Below are positions 1-9,559 of a stretch of 64,000 nt of DNA, one piece after another. The stretch is taken from positions 20,459-84,458 of the forward strand of contig JANXBX010000001.1 in assembly GCA_025060595.1 (NCBI GenBank), given 5' to 3'. The DNA is from Synergistota bacterium (lineage in GTDB: Bacteria > Synergistota > GBS-1). A program made the translations under genes and the position numbers. The number at the start of each line of letters is the position of its first letter. Position 1 is the first letter of the stretch. The notes beneath the pieces were generated by a model, which did no database searches, was not told the origin of the DNA, and saw only the letters and a list, made by a program, of their open reading frames with translations.

Positions 1-918
1 AATAACATCAAGCGGGAAGTTAACCAATAAAAGCCTAAGCTCATTGGCTAAAAACGGACCTAAATCACCGTATTTCAGAAGTTCACTATCTAAGGAATTA
101 TTAACATCATAAAAGAGCCTTCCTACACCACCTGAAAACATGAAGCTATCAGCTTTTACCCCATCCCTCGGCAACTCACCTATAGCAGCCTTCGCAGCTA
201 TAGGATCAGATTCTCCTACAATAATATTTAAAAGCGCAGATGCTAGCCTTTTTGCTATACGCCTAATATCGAAGATAGATAAATAAATTCCTTGTTTTAT
301 TGATATTCCTAAATCTTCACATACAGCCCAACCTATCTCAGTCCAACTTACAACTTCCTGACTATACTCTTTAAACTTTATAACCCTGCTTCCTATATTT
401 GCACAAAAAGTACTTTTAAGCTTACCATTAACAAATATCGCCGCGTTTGTTGTCCCTCCACCTATATCAATATTACAAATCGTCTTATTCCTATCGCGAG
501 AAAAATGAGCTGCACCCGACCCAATCCCTGCAAGATAAGCCTCAAGATGTGGACCAGCGATAGCTACCACAAAAGTTCCAGCTAACGAAGACAAAGCCCG
601 TGCAACCATCTCCGCATTCTTCTTTTTCGCGGTTTCACCTGTTATAATAATAGCTCCCGTTCTTACTTCTTCCGCTTTCACAAGAGCTTTTTCATACTCA
701 CTCCGAACTATACCAACTAGCTTATCAAAATCTATAACATCAATATCAAGCAATGGAGTGAAATACACAGGGCTCCTGTAGATTATCTTTCTACCTATAA
801 TCTTGATCTTAGGAACTACAAACCCAGCTGCTATATTATCTATTTGTAGTCTACTAAGCACAAGAGAGGTTGTAGTTGTACCAATATCAATACCTACACT
901 CAATATTTCCTCAATCAC
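1..918 (-). CDS. EutA-like ASKHA-fold ATPase (ethanolamine ammonia-lyase reactivase family). N-terminal ~305 codons only; 3' end runs off the window.
   Basis: My minus-strand translation reads VIEEILSVGIDIGTTTTSLVLSRL..SPVYFTP..TGAIIITGETAKKKNAEMVARALSSLAGTFVVAIAGPHLEAYLAGIGSGAAHFSRDRNKTICNIDIGGGTTNAAIF. This closely parallels the E. coli EutA N-terminus as I recall it (LSVGIDIGTTTT, SPVFFTP, SGAIIITGESAKTRNA, FVVASAGPHLES, NIDIGGGTSN). GTG start at 918 with GGGAAAGG Shine-Dalgarno upstream. Not in the ORF track because it is partial. Confidence 0.6.
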   Translation of the reverse strand, partial: MIEEILSVGIDIGTTTTSLVLSRLQIDNIAAGFVVPKIKIIGRKIIYRSPVYFTPLLDIDVIDFDKLVGIVRSEYEKALVKAEEVRTGAIIITGETAKKKNAEMVARALSSLAGTFVVAIAGPHLEAYLAGIGSGAAHFSRDRNKTICNIDIGGGTTNAAIFVNGKLKSTFCANIGSRVIKFKEYSQEVVSWTEIGWAVCEDLGISIKQGIYLSIFDIRRIAKRLASALLNIIVGESDPIAAKAAIGELPRDGVKADSFMFSGGVGRLFYDVNNSLDSELLKYGDLGPFLANELRLLLVNFPLDVI

Positions 919-1234
919 AGTACCTTTCCCTTCATGCAGACACACTAATAGAGAGATTAATAACCACTCTTACACTAACCAGGAGGATTAATACTTCATT
1001 GCTCTAATACGGTCTTTTGAGGAAAATTAGAAGAGAATACTCACCCACTCCCCCACCTTATACACCAATTAGTAATTTTAGTATAACCTTAAAACTAGTT
1101 TTCTGTCAAGAGCCTTAATGCTAAAACTAAGCATTATTTTAAGTTATTACTATTCCTATTAAAGCCATTATTTTTAATACTCACTTAGAATACATTATTA
1201 AAACATAATTATTTCCACGGTCAATTCTTCCATA

Positions 1235-1243
1235 TGCTATAAT
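1235..1243 (+). promoter_or_regulatory. Extended -10 element TGcTATAAT for the plus-strand ADH/hydantoinase/deacetylase operon
   Basis: Sequence tgctataat lies about 40 nt upstream of the GGAGGTGA Shine-Dalgarno and the ATG at 1285. The region 992-1248 is a divergent intergenic region. Confidence 0.4.
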
Positions 1244-1284
1244 ACCTTTTGTGTAAAAGCTACTCATGGGAGGTGAACACTAAA

Positions 1285-2505
1285 ATGACAACTCCTTTCA
1301 ATTATATTTTTGGCTTTAGGGCTACACCTCTAAAGTTTGGTGTAGGAGCTACTGAACTACTAGGTAAAGAAGCCAAAAAACTAGGGGTTAAAAATGCGCT
1401 TATAATAGCAGATAACCTGGTATATGAGAAAACAGATGTCATTAAGAGAGCTATAGAATCCTTAGAAAAGGAAGAGATAAAGTATGATATATGGAAGGAG
1501 TTAAAGGGAGAACCAACTGAAGAAGATGTTGATAAAGCCTTAGATTATGTTAAAGGAAAGGACTTTGATGGATTCATTGGGATAGGCGGTGGAAGCGCTA
1601 TTGATCTAACAAAAATCGTAGATGCTTGCTATACTCACAAACCGCAAAGCTTTAAAGATTATCTTGCAAAACCATATGGAAAAGGAGAACCTATACCGGG
1701 ACCGATAAAACCCCTTATAGCCATTCCAACAACATCTGGAACAGGTAGCGAAACCACAAGAGCTGCTGTAATAATAGTTGAAAATGCTAAAGCTACAGCT
1801 TATGATGACTTTATAGCCCCAAAATTAGCTATAGTAGATCCATTAAATACAATAACGATGTCTCCAAAAGTCACTGCTGGTACAGGAATAGATGCTTTCA
1901 CTCATGCTTTAGAGGCCTACTTAGCAAAACCTACTCATCTTATACCCCCTGGCTCAATAGTCACTGGCTCTAACTTACTTGTGGACATCGTATCAGAAAA
2001 AGCAATAGAGCTCATAGGTAAAAGCTTAAGAGTAGCAACCTGGGATGGGAAAAACTTAGACGCAAGGAGCGATATGGCTTTAGCTGCTTATTTAGCAGGC
2101 ATTGCCTTTGATAGCGCAGGACTTCATGTTATACACTCTATCGGACAAGCAATAGGAGCAATAAAGGGTATATCCCACGGAATATCAGTAGGACTTTTCG
2201 CACCTGCCTTCCTGGAGGTTGTAGCTCCAATATGCCCAGAAAAGGTAGCAAAGGTAGCAGAACTTTTAGGTAAAAGGACAAGGGGGTTAGATAAGATTGA
2301 GGCCGCGATGTTAGCTTCCGAAGCTGTTAGAGAGTTACTTAGGGATATAGGTTTCCCAAACGGCCTCTCTGAGTTCGATATCAAAGAAAATGACATATCT
2401 AAATTTGTTGAAGAATCGGTTAGACGACCAAGGATAAACTCACCTATAGCGATAACACCTGAATTAGCAAAAAACATAATAACTAAATCGATAAAAATAT
2501 GGTAG
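1285..2505 (+). CDS. Iron-containing (group III) alcohol dehydrogenase family protein
   Basis: GGGSAIDLTK motif and the Fe-ADH fold along its length. I place the start at the ATG at 1285 (MTTPFNYIFGF), 8 nt downstream of GGGAGGTGA. The ORF-track start at 1249 has no Shine-Dalgarno. Confidence 0.8.
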   Translation: MTTPFNYIFGFRATPLKFGVGATELLGKEAKKLGVKNALIIADNLVYEKTDVIKRAIESLEKEEIKYDIWKELKGEPTEEDVDKALDYVKGKDFDGFIGIGGGSAIDLTKIVDACYTHKPQSFKDYLAKPYGKGEPIPGPIKPLIAIPTTSGTGSETTRAAVIIVENAKATAYDDFIAPKLAIVDPLNTITMSPKVTAGTGIDAFTHALEAYLAKPTHLIPPGSIVTGSNLLVDIVSEKAIELIGKSLRVATWDGKNLDARSDMALAAYLAGIAFDSAGLHVIHSIGQAIGAIKGISHGISVGLFAPAFLEVVAPICPEKVAKVAELLGKRTRGLDKIEAAMLASEAVRELLRDIGFPNGLSEFDIKENDISKFVEESVRRPRINSPIAITPELAKNIITKSIKIW

Positions 2506-4193
2506 AAAGGGAGAATAAAAGTTTAATATTAGGATTAGATGTAGGTGGAACTCACGTAGATGCAGTTGTACTAGAAGGGAAAAGGGTTATAGATAAGGTT
2601 AAGATACCTATAGAAAGCGATGACCTTTTTGAACCAATATGGACTGCCTTATTAAAACTTATAAAAGATAAGAAAGATTCTATTTCCCAAATAAACTTAA
2701 GCACTACAGTAGCAACAAATGCGATAGCTCAGGATAAACTTGAACCAGTAGGTATGATTATAGAAAGCGGACCAGGTGTTGATCTTTCACATCTAACAGT
2801 TAAAGGTGGAGTTTTCTTCATCTCAGGATATATAGATCACAGGGGGGTAGAAATAAAACCCTTTAACACTAACGAAATATTTCTTGCAAAAAATCTATTT
2901 AAAAGCAAAGGGATTAACCTTTGTGGAGTCGTAACCAAATTCTCCGTAAGAAATCCCTCTCACGAAATAAAAATATGGGAGCTACTCAAAAATGATTTTG
3001 AATTCATAAGCTTAGGACATAAACTTTCCGGAAAGCTCAATTTCCCAAGGAGAATTAATACAACATATTTGAATTCAGCAACCTATCCAAGCTTTAAACG
3101 CTTTTACAAGGGAATAATAGAAGCTCTAGAAAAGGAAAAAATAAAGACTCAGGTTAACATTCTTAAAGCTGATGGAGGAACGGTTGAGCTCGAAACCGCT
3201 AAAGACTACCCAGTTTATACAATTCTATCTGGACCAGCAGCAAGTATATTAGGAGCTTTAGCCTTAGGTGTACCTAAAGAGGATGGGATAATCATAGACA
3301 TAGGAGGCACGACCACAGATATAGCTTTTGTAATTCAGGGTATCCCAATGCTTGAACCCTTTGGCATAAAAATAGGAGATTACAATACCTTAGTAAGAGC
3401 CTTATATAGCTTCTCCATAGGTTTAGGAGGAGATAGCGCAATAAAGATTATTAAAGGAAAGTTAAAAATAGGACCGGAAAGGGAGGGATTTCCTAAAGCA
3501 TTGGGAGGCCCATCCCCCACACCAAGCGATGCTATGATAACTTTAGGGCTCCTAGATTTGGGAAATAAAGAGCAAGCTATAAAATCTATAAAAGATATAT
3601 CTATTATCCTGGGCTTAGATACAAAGTCATGTGCAGAACTTATACTAAAGGAAATGGTAGGATCGATTAAAAAGGCTGTTGAAAAAGCTTTAGATAGCAT
3701 AAATAATAAGCCAATTACTACAATCAAAGAGTTACTTTATGGTAAAAAGATTTCACCAAAATTTCTTTTCCTTATTGGAGGGCCAGCTAAAGCACTCGCA
3801 CCCTTTTTAAAAGAAGAATTCGGGGTTCCTTGTTATGTTCCAAAACTTTACGATGTAGCCAACGCCCTAGGAGCAGCACTTGCCAAGAAGACCTTCGAAA
3901 TCAATTTGTTCATCAACACAGCTGATGAAATTCTATCTGTTCCTGAACTTGGAATTTGCAAAAAGATAAATAAGAGCTTTACCTTTGAGGAAGCTCAAAA
4001 ACTTTCCTTAAGTCTCCTAAGAGAATGGGCTCTCTCGAAAGGTATGAGAGAGGAAGAATTTGAAAGTGAAATAATTGAAAGTACCAGTTTTAACATAGTA
4101 AGGGGGTTTTACACTTGTGGGAAAAACATAAGGATAAAAGCTCAAATAAAACCAGGTTTGCTTTTCAGTTTGGGAGAGATCGAAAATGCTTAA
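2499..4193 (+). CDS. Hydantoinase/oxoprolinase (HyuA-like) family ASKHA ATPase
   Basis: N-terminus LILGLDVGGTHVDAVVLEGK, TTVATNAIAQ, and a second phosphate loop IIIDIGGTTTDIAFV. Its start overlaps the upstream stop, so it is probably translationally coupled. Confidence 0.65.
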   Translation: MVERENKSLILGLDVGGTHVDAVVLEGKRVIDKVKIPIESDDLFEPIWTALLKLIKDKKDSISQINLSTTVATNAIAQDKLEPVGMIIESGPGVDLSHLTVKGGVFFISGYIDHRGVEIKPFNTNEIFLAKNLFKSKGINLCGVVTKFSVRNPSHEIKIWELLKNDFEFISLGHKLSGKLNFPRRINTTYLNSATYPSFKRFYKGIIEALEKEKIKTQVNILKADGGTVELETAKDYPVYTILSGPAASILGALALGVPKEDGIIIDIGGTTTDIAFVIQGIPMLEPFGIKIGDYNTLVRALYSFSIGLGGDSAIKIIKGKLKIGPEREGFPKALGGPSPTPSDAMITLGLLDLGNKEQAIKSIKDISIILGLDTKSCAELILKEMVGSIKKAVEKALDSINNKPITTIKELLYGKKISPKFLFLIGGPAKALAPFLKEEFGVPCYVPKLYDVANALGAALAKKTFEINLFINTADEILSVPELGICKKINKSFTFEEAQKLSLSLLREWALSKGMREEEFESEIIESTSFNIVRGFYTCGKNIRIKAQIKPGLLFSLGEIENA

Positions 4194-5496
4194 ATCTCAA
4201 AATAGATTAGCTTTGGTATTTTTCCCGGCCTTCGATTGGGCCATAACCCCAACGCATCCAGAAAGGGAAGAGAGACTTCTATATACATGGGATCAAATCC
4301 TCGAAGAAGGAATTCTCGACATTAACGGAATCGAAGTCTACAACCCAACAATTGCTACAGAGAAGGATATCCAAAGGGTCCATTTTTGCATACCAGATGT
4401 AAGATCAAGAGTTCCACAACCCCACCTGATATCTGCAGGAGGAGCTATAAAAGCAGCAGAATTGGTACTTAAGGGGGAAGCGGATAAAGCTTTTGCAATG
4501 GTAAGACCACCAGGTCATCACGCTCAAAGAGTGGTTTGGGGAGACAGGGGTTTTTGCATAATAAATATAGAAGCCGTTATGATAGAAAATATAAGACAGC
4601 GCTTCGGACATAAAAGAGTAGCTATTGTAGATACAGATTGTCATCATGGAGATGGAACCCAGGATATATATTGGAACGACAGAGATACTCTCTATATATC
4701 TATACACCAAGACGGAAGGACTCTTTATCCAGGAACAGGCTTTCCCGATGAACTTGGTGGACCAGCTGCGATAGGCTATAACATAAACATCCCTCTTCCG
4801 CCAGGAACCGGAGAGGAAGGATTCCTATATGTGCTAGATAATCTTATATTACCCATATTAGAAGAATATAAGCCCGACCTCGTTATAAATTCTGCAGGTC
4901 AGGACAATCACTACACCGATCCTATAACGAACATGAATTTCACAGCCCAAGGTTATGCAAAGCTTACTCAAAAACTCAATCCTGATATAGCCGTATTAGA
5001 AGGGGGTTACTCAATAGAGGGAGCCTTACCTTATGTAAATGTAGGTATAATACTTGCCTTAGCAGGCTTAAACTACTCTAACGTTGTAGAACCAGATTAT
5101 AATCCAGAAAAGCTAAGACAGTCTTCCAAAACCATGGACTATATTAAAAGGCTATGCGACAAAATTTATAATATTTGGAGAAACAGAGAAGTTATAAGAG
5201 ACGAAATGATAAAGGATCAAAAATATATACTGAGAAAGAGAAACGTTTATTATGATACTGATGGGATATTAGAGAAACAAACCCAAATATTTAAGATTTG
5301 CCCCGATTGCTCAGGAGTAAGTACTATAGAGTCAGAATCAGACTGGGGAGCAAAAATTTTTGCTGTAACAATTCCTCGGGATGCTTGTGAAAAGTGCTTT
5401 AATGAAGGCTACAGGCTTTTCGAAGAAATAGAAAAAGAAAAATATTACAGGGTTTATCTTCAAGACAAAGTTAACGATTTCTTCTCAAGTAAATGA
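4186..5496 (+). CDS. Histone-deacetylase/AcuC/acetylpolyamine-amidohydrolase family deacetylase with a C-terminal CxxC..CxxC zinc-ribbon extension
   Basis: Motifs RPPGHHA, DTDCHHGDGTQ and a GxGF-like segment (Zn-dependent deacetylase signature). C-terminal tail CPDCSGV...CEKC. Start overlaps the previous gene's stop. Confidence 0.75.
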   Translation: MLKSQNRLALVFFPAFDWAITPTHPEREERLLYTWDQILEEGILDINGIEVYNPTIATEKDIQRVHFCIPDVRSRVPQPHLISAGGAIKAAELVLKGEADKAFAMVRPPGHHAQRVVWGDRGFCIINIEAVMIENIRQRFGHKRVAIVDTDCHHGDGTQDIYWNDRDTLYISIHQDGRTLYPGTGFPDELGGPAAIGYNINIPLPPGTGEEGFLYVLDNLILPILEEYKPDLVINSAGQDNHYTDPITNMNFTAQGYAKLTQKLNPDIAVLEGGYSIEGALPYVNVGIILALAGLNYSNVVEPDYNPEKLRQSSKTMDYIKRLCDKIYNIWRNREVIRDEMIKDQKYILRKRNVYYDTDGILEKQTQIFKICPDCSGVSTIESESDWGAKIFAVTIPRDACEKCFNEGYRLFEEIEKEKYYRVYLQDKVNDFFSSK

Positions 5497-5498
5497 AT

Positions 5499-6779
5499 TT
5501 ATCTTATAAACCCCAATAATCTTGGTAAAAACATCGATATTGGTTCAAAGAAAGTCACTATAGCTAGGACAGCTATCTCAGCAATAACAAACTTATAAAC
5601 AGAGGCTGCTACCCTCTCTAATGATAATCCGGTTATTCCACAGCTAACGAAAAGACAAACTCCCACAGGCGGGGTAACCATTCCTATGGCAAGATTTAAA
5701 ACCATTATGAAACCAAAGTGAAGCGGATGAACTCCCATTTTAACAGCAATAGGAGCAAGTATTGGAGCTAGTATTATTATCGCAGCACCAGTTTCCATAA
5801 ACATTCCCACTATAAGTAAGAAGATATTTACTAGCAAAAGAAAAACATACTTATTTTGTGAAAGTGTTAAAAATATAGAAGCTATCCTTTGAGGGATCAA
5901 ATTAGCAGCTATAACCCAAGCAAAAACGTTAGCCATAGAAATTATTAAAAGTATAGAAGCAACCGTTACACCACTTTGAAATAAAACTTCTGGAATATCT
6001 TTCCATCTCAATTCTCTATATATAAACTTACCAACTACAAAAGAATATACTACAGCAACTGCTGCAGCTTCAGTAGGAGTGAAAGCACCAAAAAGTATTC
6101 CTCCAAGGATAATTAGCGGCGAAAGCAATGCCCAGAACGCTCCTTTAAATTCTTCCCATACTTTCCTTAAAGAAAAGGCTCCAACTATAGGATAATTCCT
6201 GGTCCTTGACTCAAGAAATATAACAACCATCATAGCCAAGCCAAGCATCACTCCAGGTATAAAACCTGCAGCAAAAAGCCCCCCTATAGAAACTCCTACA
6301 GAAACTCCGTATATAACCATTATTATGCTTGGAGGAATTATGGGACCTATAGTAGCTGCAGCTGCTGTTAAAGCAGCACTAAAATCCTTTTCATAACCGC
6401 TTTTTTCCATTGCAGGTATAAGAATAGATCCAATTGCCGATGCATCAGCAATAGCCGATCCGCTTATTCCAGCGAAAAACATATTAGCAACTACATTAGT
6501 ATGAGCAAGACCACCTTTTATATGTCCGACAAGACTATTAGCAAACCTTATTATTCTTAGCGTGGTACCACCGCGATTCATAAGCTCCCCCGCCAGGATA
6601 AAGAATGGAACAGCCATAAGAGGGAAAGAATCTATCCCCGTGAACATCCTTTGAGTAACAACTTGAAGAGGAACGCCCATTGCAAGTATACAGATAAATC
6701 CTGTTATTCCTAAAACAAAAGCTATGGGAACACCTAATAAAAAGGTAATCGCAAAGGCAAGAACCATAAGAGTTATCAT
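5499..6779 (-). CDS. dctM: TRAP transporter large permease, DctM family
   Basis: 426 aa, about 12 TM segments, typical DctM segments (GITGLSLERV, FMETGAAIIILAPIL). 4-nt overlap with the upstream dctQ. Confidence 0.85.
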   Translation of the reverse strand: MITLMVLAFAITFLLGVPIAFVLGITGFICILAMGVPLQVVTQRMFTGIDSFPLMAVPFFILAGELMNRGGTTLRIIRFANSLVGHIKGGLAHTNVVANMFFAGISGSAIADASAIGSILIPAMEKSGYEKDFSAALTAAAATIGPIIPPSIIMVIYGVSVGVSIGGLFAAGFIPGVMLGLAMMVVIFLESRTRNYPIVGAFSLRKVWEEFKGAFWALLSPLIILGGILFGAFTPTEAAAVAVVYSFVVGKFIYRELRWKDIPEVLFQSGVTVASILLIISMANVFAWVIAANLIPQRIASIFLTLSQNKYVFLLLVNIFLLIVGMFMETGAAIIILAPILAPIAVKMGVHPLHFGFIMVLNLAIGMVTPPVGVCLFVSCGITGLSLERVAASVYKFVIAEIAVLAIVTFFEPISMFLPRLLGFIR

Positions 6780-7300
6780 TTCCCTCTTTCCTCCTCTAAC
6801 TTCTTAAGTTCCACATTAGACGTAGAAAGAAGCCCAATAGAGCGAGAAAGCAGCATTTCTAAAAGATGAAGGAACATATAAAAACAACCAAAAGGAATAG
6901 CAAAATAAGGTATAACCATAGGCAATCCCATTGCAGGAGAAATCTGGTCTTTTAAGGTTAAGAGAAGGTTTATTCCTTGATAAACAAGTAAGAAAAGAAA
7001 AACAATAACAATGATCTCCGAAAAAATTATCAATGATTTTCTCAAGGATAACGGAACCTTGCTTATAAACATGGTAACTCCGATATGCCTTCCCTTTTTA
7101 ACAGCGATACCAGCTCCAAGATAGGTTACCCATACCATCATATACCTTGCTGCTTCTTCAGACCATGTTAAGGGACTATGGAGGATAAATCTAAATATAA
7201 CAGCTAAAAAGGTAACTATACTCATAAAGGCCATTAAAGCAACTAAGCCCCACATGGCAATAGAGTCAAAAATATTTAATAAGTACTTCACAAAAAACAT
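6776..7300 (-). CDS. dctQ: TRAP transporter small permease, DctQ family
   Basis: 174 aa, four predicted TM helices, sits between dctP and dctM. Confidence 0.7.
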   Translation of the reverse strand: MFFVKYLLNIFDSIAMWGLVALMAFMSIVTFLAVIFRFILHSPLTWSEEAARYMMVWVTYLGAGIAVKKGRHIGVTMFISKVPLSLRKSLIIFSEIIVIVFLFLLVYQGINLLLTLKDQISPAMGLPMVIPYFAIPFGCFYMFLHLLEMLLSRSIGLLSTSNVELKKLEEERGK

Positions 7301-7331
7301 CTTAAAATAAAGCCCCCTTTAAAAATTCATT

Positions 7332-7358
7332 GGGGGCAGACTAATTAATTCTGCCCCC
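7332..7358 (-). terminator. GC-rich hairpin (GGGGGCAGA / TCTGCCCCC) between dctP and dctQ. Candidate partial intrinsic terminator or attenuator.
   Basis: 9-bp perfect inverted repeat with a 9-nt loop, followed on the mRNA by a U-rich AAUGAAUUUUUAAA. A second GGGGGC at 7312-7317 can pair alternatively. Confidence 0.5.
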
Positions 7359-7380
7359 ACAAAAGTTAAGAAACTAAAGC

Positions 7381-8415
7381 TTACTTAACCATTTCCTTTT
7401 GCTTAGCTTCTGCCGCTTTAACCACCTCAATAATCTCGTTAACCCACTTCTCCCCTACTTCCTTCTTGACGTATTCTAATACAGCGGGTTGAGAGAGATT
7501 CCTAAACTGCTTTGCTTCCTCAGCATTGGGGACATAAACCTTCATACCCTGCTTTTGAAGATTTACCAAGCCAGTCTGAACCTGCCTCTCTGTTAAAGCT
7601 CTCTGAGCTATCTTAAAGAGCTGGGCTCCTTCATATATAATTAGCTTTTGCTCCTCAGTAAACTTATTCCAAACCTTATCGTTAACAAACATTATAAGCG
7701 GATTATACAGGTGCCCATCTAAAACAACATACTTGGAAACCTCATAGAATTTCATGTTATTGATCAATGTGATTGGACACTCAGCACCATCAACAACTCC
7801 CTGTTGCAAAGCCATATAAAGTTCACCAAAAGCTATAGGTGTAGGAGAAGCACCAAGTGCCTCAACTAATTTCATGTGAGCCGGATTTTCCATGGTTCTG
7901 ATCTTTAACCCTTTCATATCAGCAGGAGATTTTATCTCTTTCTTGATGGTAAAGAAATGCCTGTAACCATTTTCACTTATAGCAAGACAACGTATGCCGG
8001 TTGCTTTTAACATCTCACCCATAAGCTTCTGACCAAATGGACCATCCAATACCTCCCACGCTACATAAACATTCGGAAATAGATAAGGAATATCAAAAAC
8101 CATTATGGGCTTAAATAAGGTAGGAATGGGACCCGTAGTTATAGTACCAAATTCGATAGAACCGATTTTCAAACCTTCAAGTATCTCTTTCTCATTTCCA
8201 AGTTGGGAAGCATGAAAAGCATCAACTTTTATCTCCCCATTAGTTTTAGTGAAAACATAATTAGCAAAAATATCAACAGCTATAACTGTCCTATCCTCAG
8301 GATCTGCAGGCCCGGCATTCGCAAGCTTAAATTTTGTAAGAGCGAAAGAGCTCTCTGAAATAAACAAACCAAACAACACAAAAATTGCTATCAAGAAGCA
8401 GATTCTCCTCAACAT
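7381..8415 (-). CDS. dctP: TRAP transporter substrate-binding protein, DctP family
   Basis: 344 aa with a signal peptide (MLRRICFLIAIFVLFGLFISESSFA) and a DctP-type fold. Confidence 0.8.
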   Translation of the reverse strand: MLRRICFLIAIFVLFGLFISESSFALTKFKLANAGPADPEDRTVIAVDIFANYVFTKTNGEIKVDAFHASQLGNEKEILEGLKIGSIEFGTITTGPIPTLFKPIMVFDIPYLFPNVYVAWEVLDGPFGQKLMGEMLKATGIRCLAISENGYRHFFTIKKEIKSPADMKGLKIRTMENPAHMKLVEALGASPTPIAFGELYMALQQGVVDGAECPITLINNMKFYEVSKYVVLDGHLYNPLIMFVNDKVWNKFTEEQKLIIYEGAQLFKIAQRALTERQVQTGLVNLQKQGMKVYVPNAEEAKQFRNLSQPAVLEYVKKEVGEKWVNEIIEVVKAAEAKQKEMVK

Positions 8416-8505
8416 AAAGTTACACCCCCTCTCCTGAAAACTTTGTTCTTAAGAGGATTATATATCATCTTTTAAAGCTTATCCAGTCCTTAAAAAAAGA
8501 AAAAC

Positions 8506-9495
8506 TTATCTCTTCAAGAATCCCCTCTCGCTAGCTAATATTAAAACCTTTTTAATATCTACCACAAGAGGTCCTCTTCTCGTTACCTGAACTTCCCATT
8601 TCCCATCAGAAAACTCTATTTCCCTTTCTCCATCAAGCGCTATAACCCCTTTGTTAATACTAATAGGATACTTTTTCAAGAAAGCCACTTCAGAAAAACA
8701 CTCCACATATACTTCCTTAACCACACCTGGAACCAAAGGGGCAAAAAGTCTTCTTCCCTCTTTACCCAGCCTTACATAAACTCCTCTATCATCTATCTCA
8801 CTAGTAGGAATGAGGTAACCTCCTATAGAAGAAGCACCTATAGAGTCAGGTTTAGCTATCGTAGAGAAAATTTCTTTCATCTCTTCTGGATGCCATATAG
8901 CTCTTGAGCCTATAAAGGAACAATCAAGCGAAACCAAATCAATCAAAGCTATATCTCTTAACTCCCCCTCCTTAAAGAGTTCTACCCTTTTAGCTCTAAA
9001 ACATCCCTCTTCTTTTGAAACTACACCTTTAGCAATCGCAGCAGCAGCTAGCGCTGCAACAGTACCTTCTATCATATATGGAAAAACGTTATTGGTTCCG
9101 GTAGATATTGGAAGTAAAGGAAGCTCACTATCATGAGAAAGCCCCTTTGCAACTACCCTATTCGTACCATCTCCTCCAAGAGTTATCAAACAATCTACTC
9201 TTTCCCTTTCTAAAATGTGTGCGGCTTTTGTAGAATCATCCTGAGTAAACTCTACACTCATATCTATAATCTCAACCTTTAACCTCATTTTACCTAAGGC
9301 TTTCAAAGCCTTTAAGCCTATCTGAAAATAATCCGGCATAAATAAAACCTCTTTTATACCAACTTCATCAAAAATCGAAAGCATTCTTTTAACTATATTA
9401 ACTTTCTCATTATTATCAAAAACAGAACCATGAGCAACAAGCCTTCTTATATCCTTACCTGATGCTGGATTAGCTATTATCCCTATTCTCCCCAT
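8506..9495 (-). CDS. NAD-kinase-like / AcoX-like protein (GGDGT motif)
   Basis: ITLGGDGTNRVV motif and a kinase-like N-terminus GIIANPASGK. Positioned downstream of the E1 alpha/beta genes, as acoX is in acoXABC-type loci. Confidence 0.5.
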   Translation of the reverse strand: MGRIGIIANPASGKDIRRLVAHGSVFDNNEKVNIVKRMLSIFDEVGIKEVLFMPDYFQIGLKALKALGKMRLKVEIIDMSVEFTQDDSTKAAHILERERVDCLITLGGDGTNRVVAKGLSHDSELPLLPISTGTNNVFPYMIEGTVAALAAAAIAKGVVSKEEGCFRAKRVELFKEGELRDIALIDLVSLDCSFIGSRAIWHPEEMKEIFSTIAKPDSIGASSIGGYLIPTSEIDDRGVYVRLGKEGRRLFAPLVPGVVKEVYVECFSEVAFLKKYPISINKGVIALDGEREIEFSDGKWEVQVTRRGPLVVDIKKVLILASERGFLKR

Positions 9496-9559
9496 AAAAT
9501 ATCTTCCCCCTTTAAAAGAAACTGGGGCCCCTTTGGAAGGAGCCCCAGTAACTTAAGGC

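Noticed and set aside
803-991. 62-aa plus-strand ORF
   Set aside because: It lies antisense to the conserved N-terminus of the EutA-like gene and has no Shine-Dalgarno or family match. It is a shadow ORF.
2124-2477. Numerous 60-200-aa ORFs antisense to annotated genes (for example 2124-2477, 3380-3727, 10115-10547, 38091-38678, 39600-40040, 62790-63074)
   Set aside because: All are embedded opposite to genes with strong family signatures, have low-complexity or odd composition, and have no Shine-Dalgarno. They are typical shadow ORFs in AT-rich DNA.
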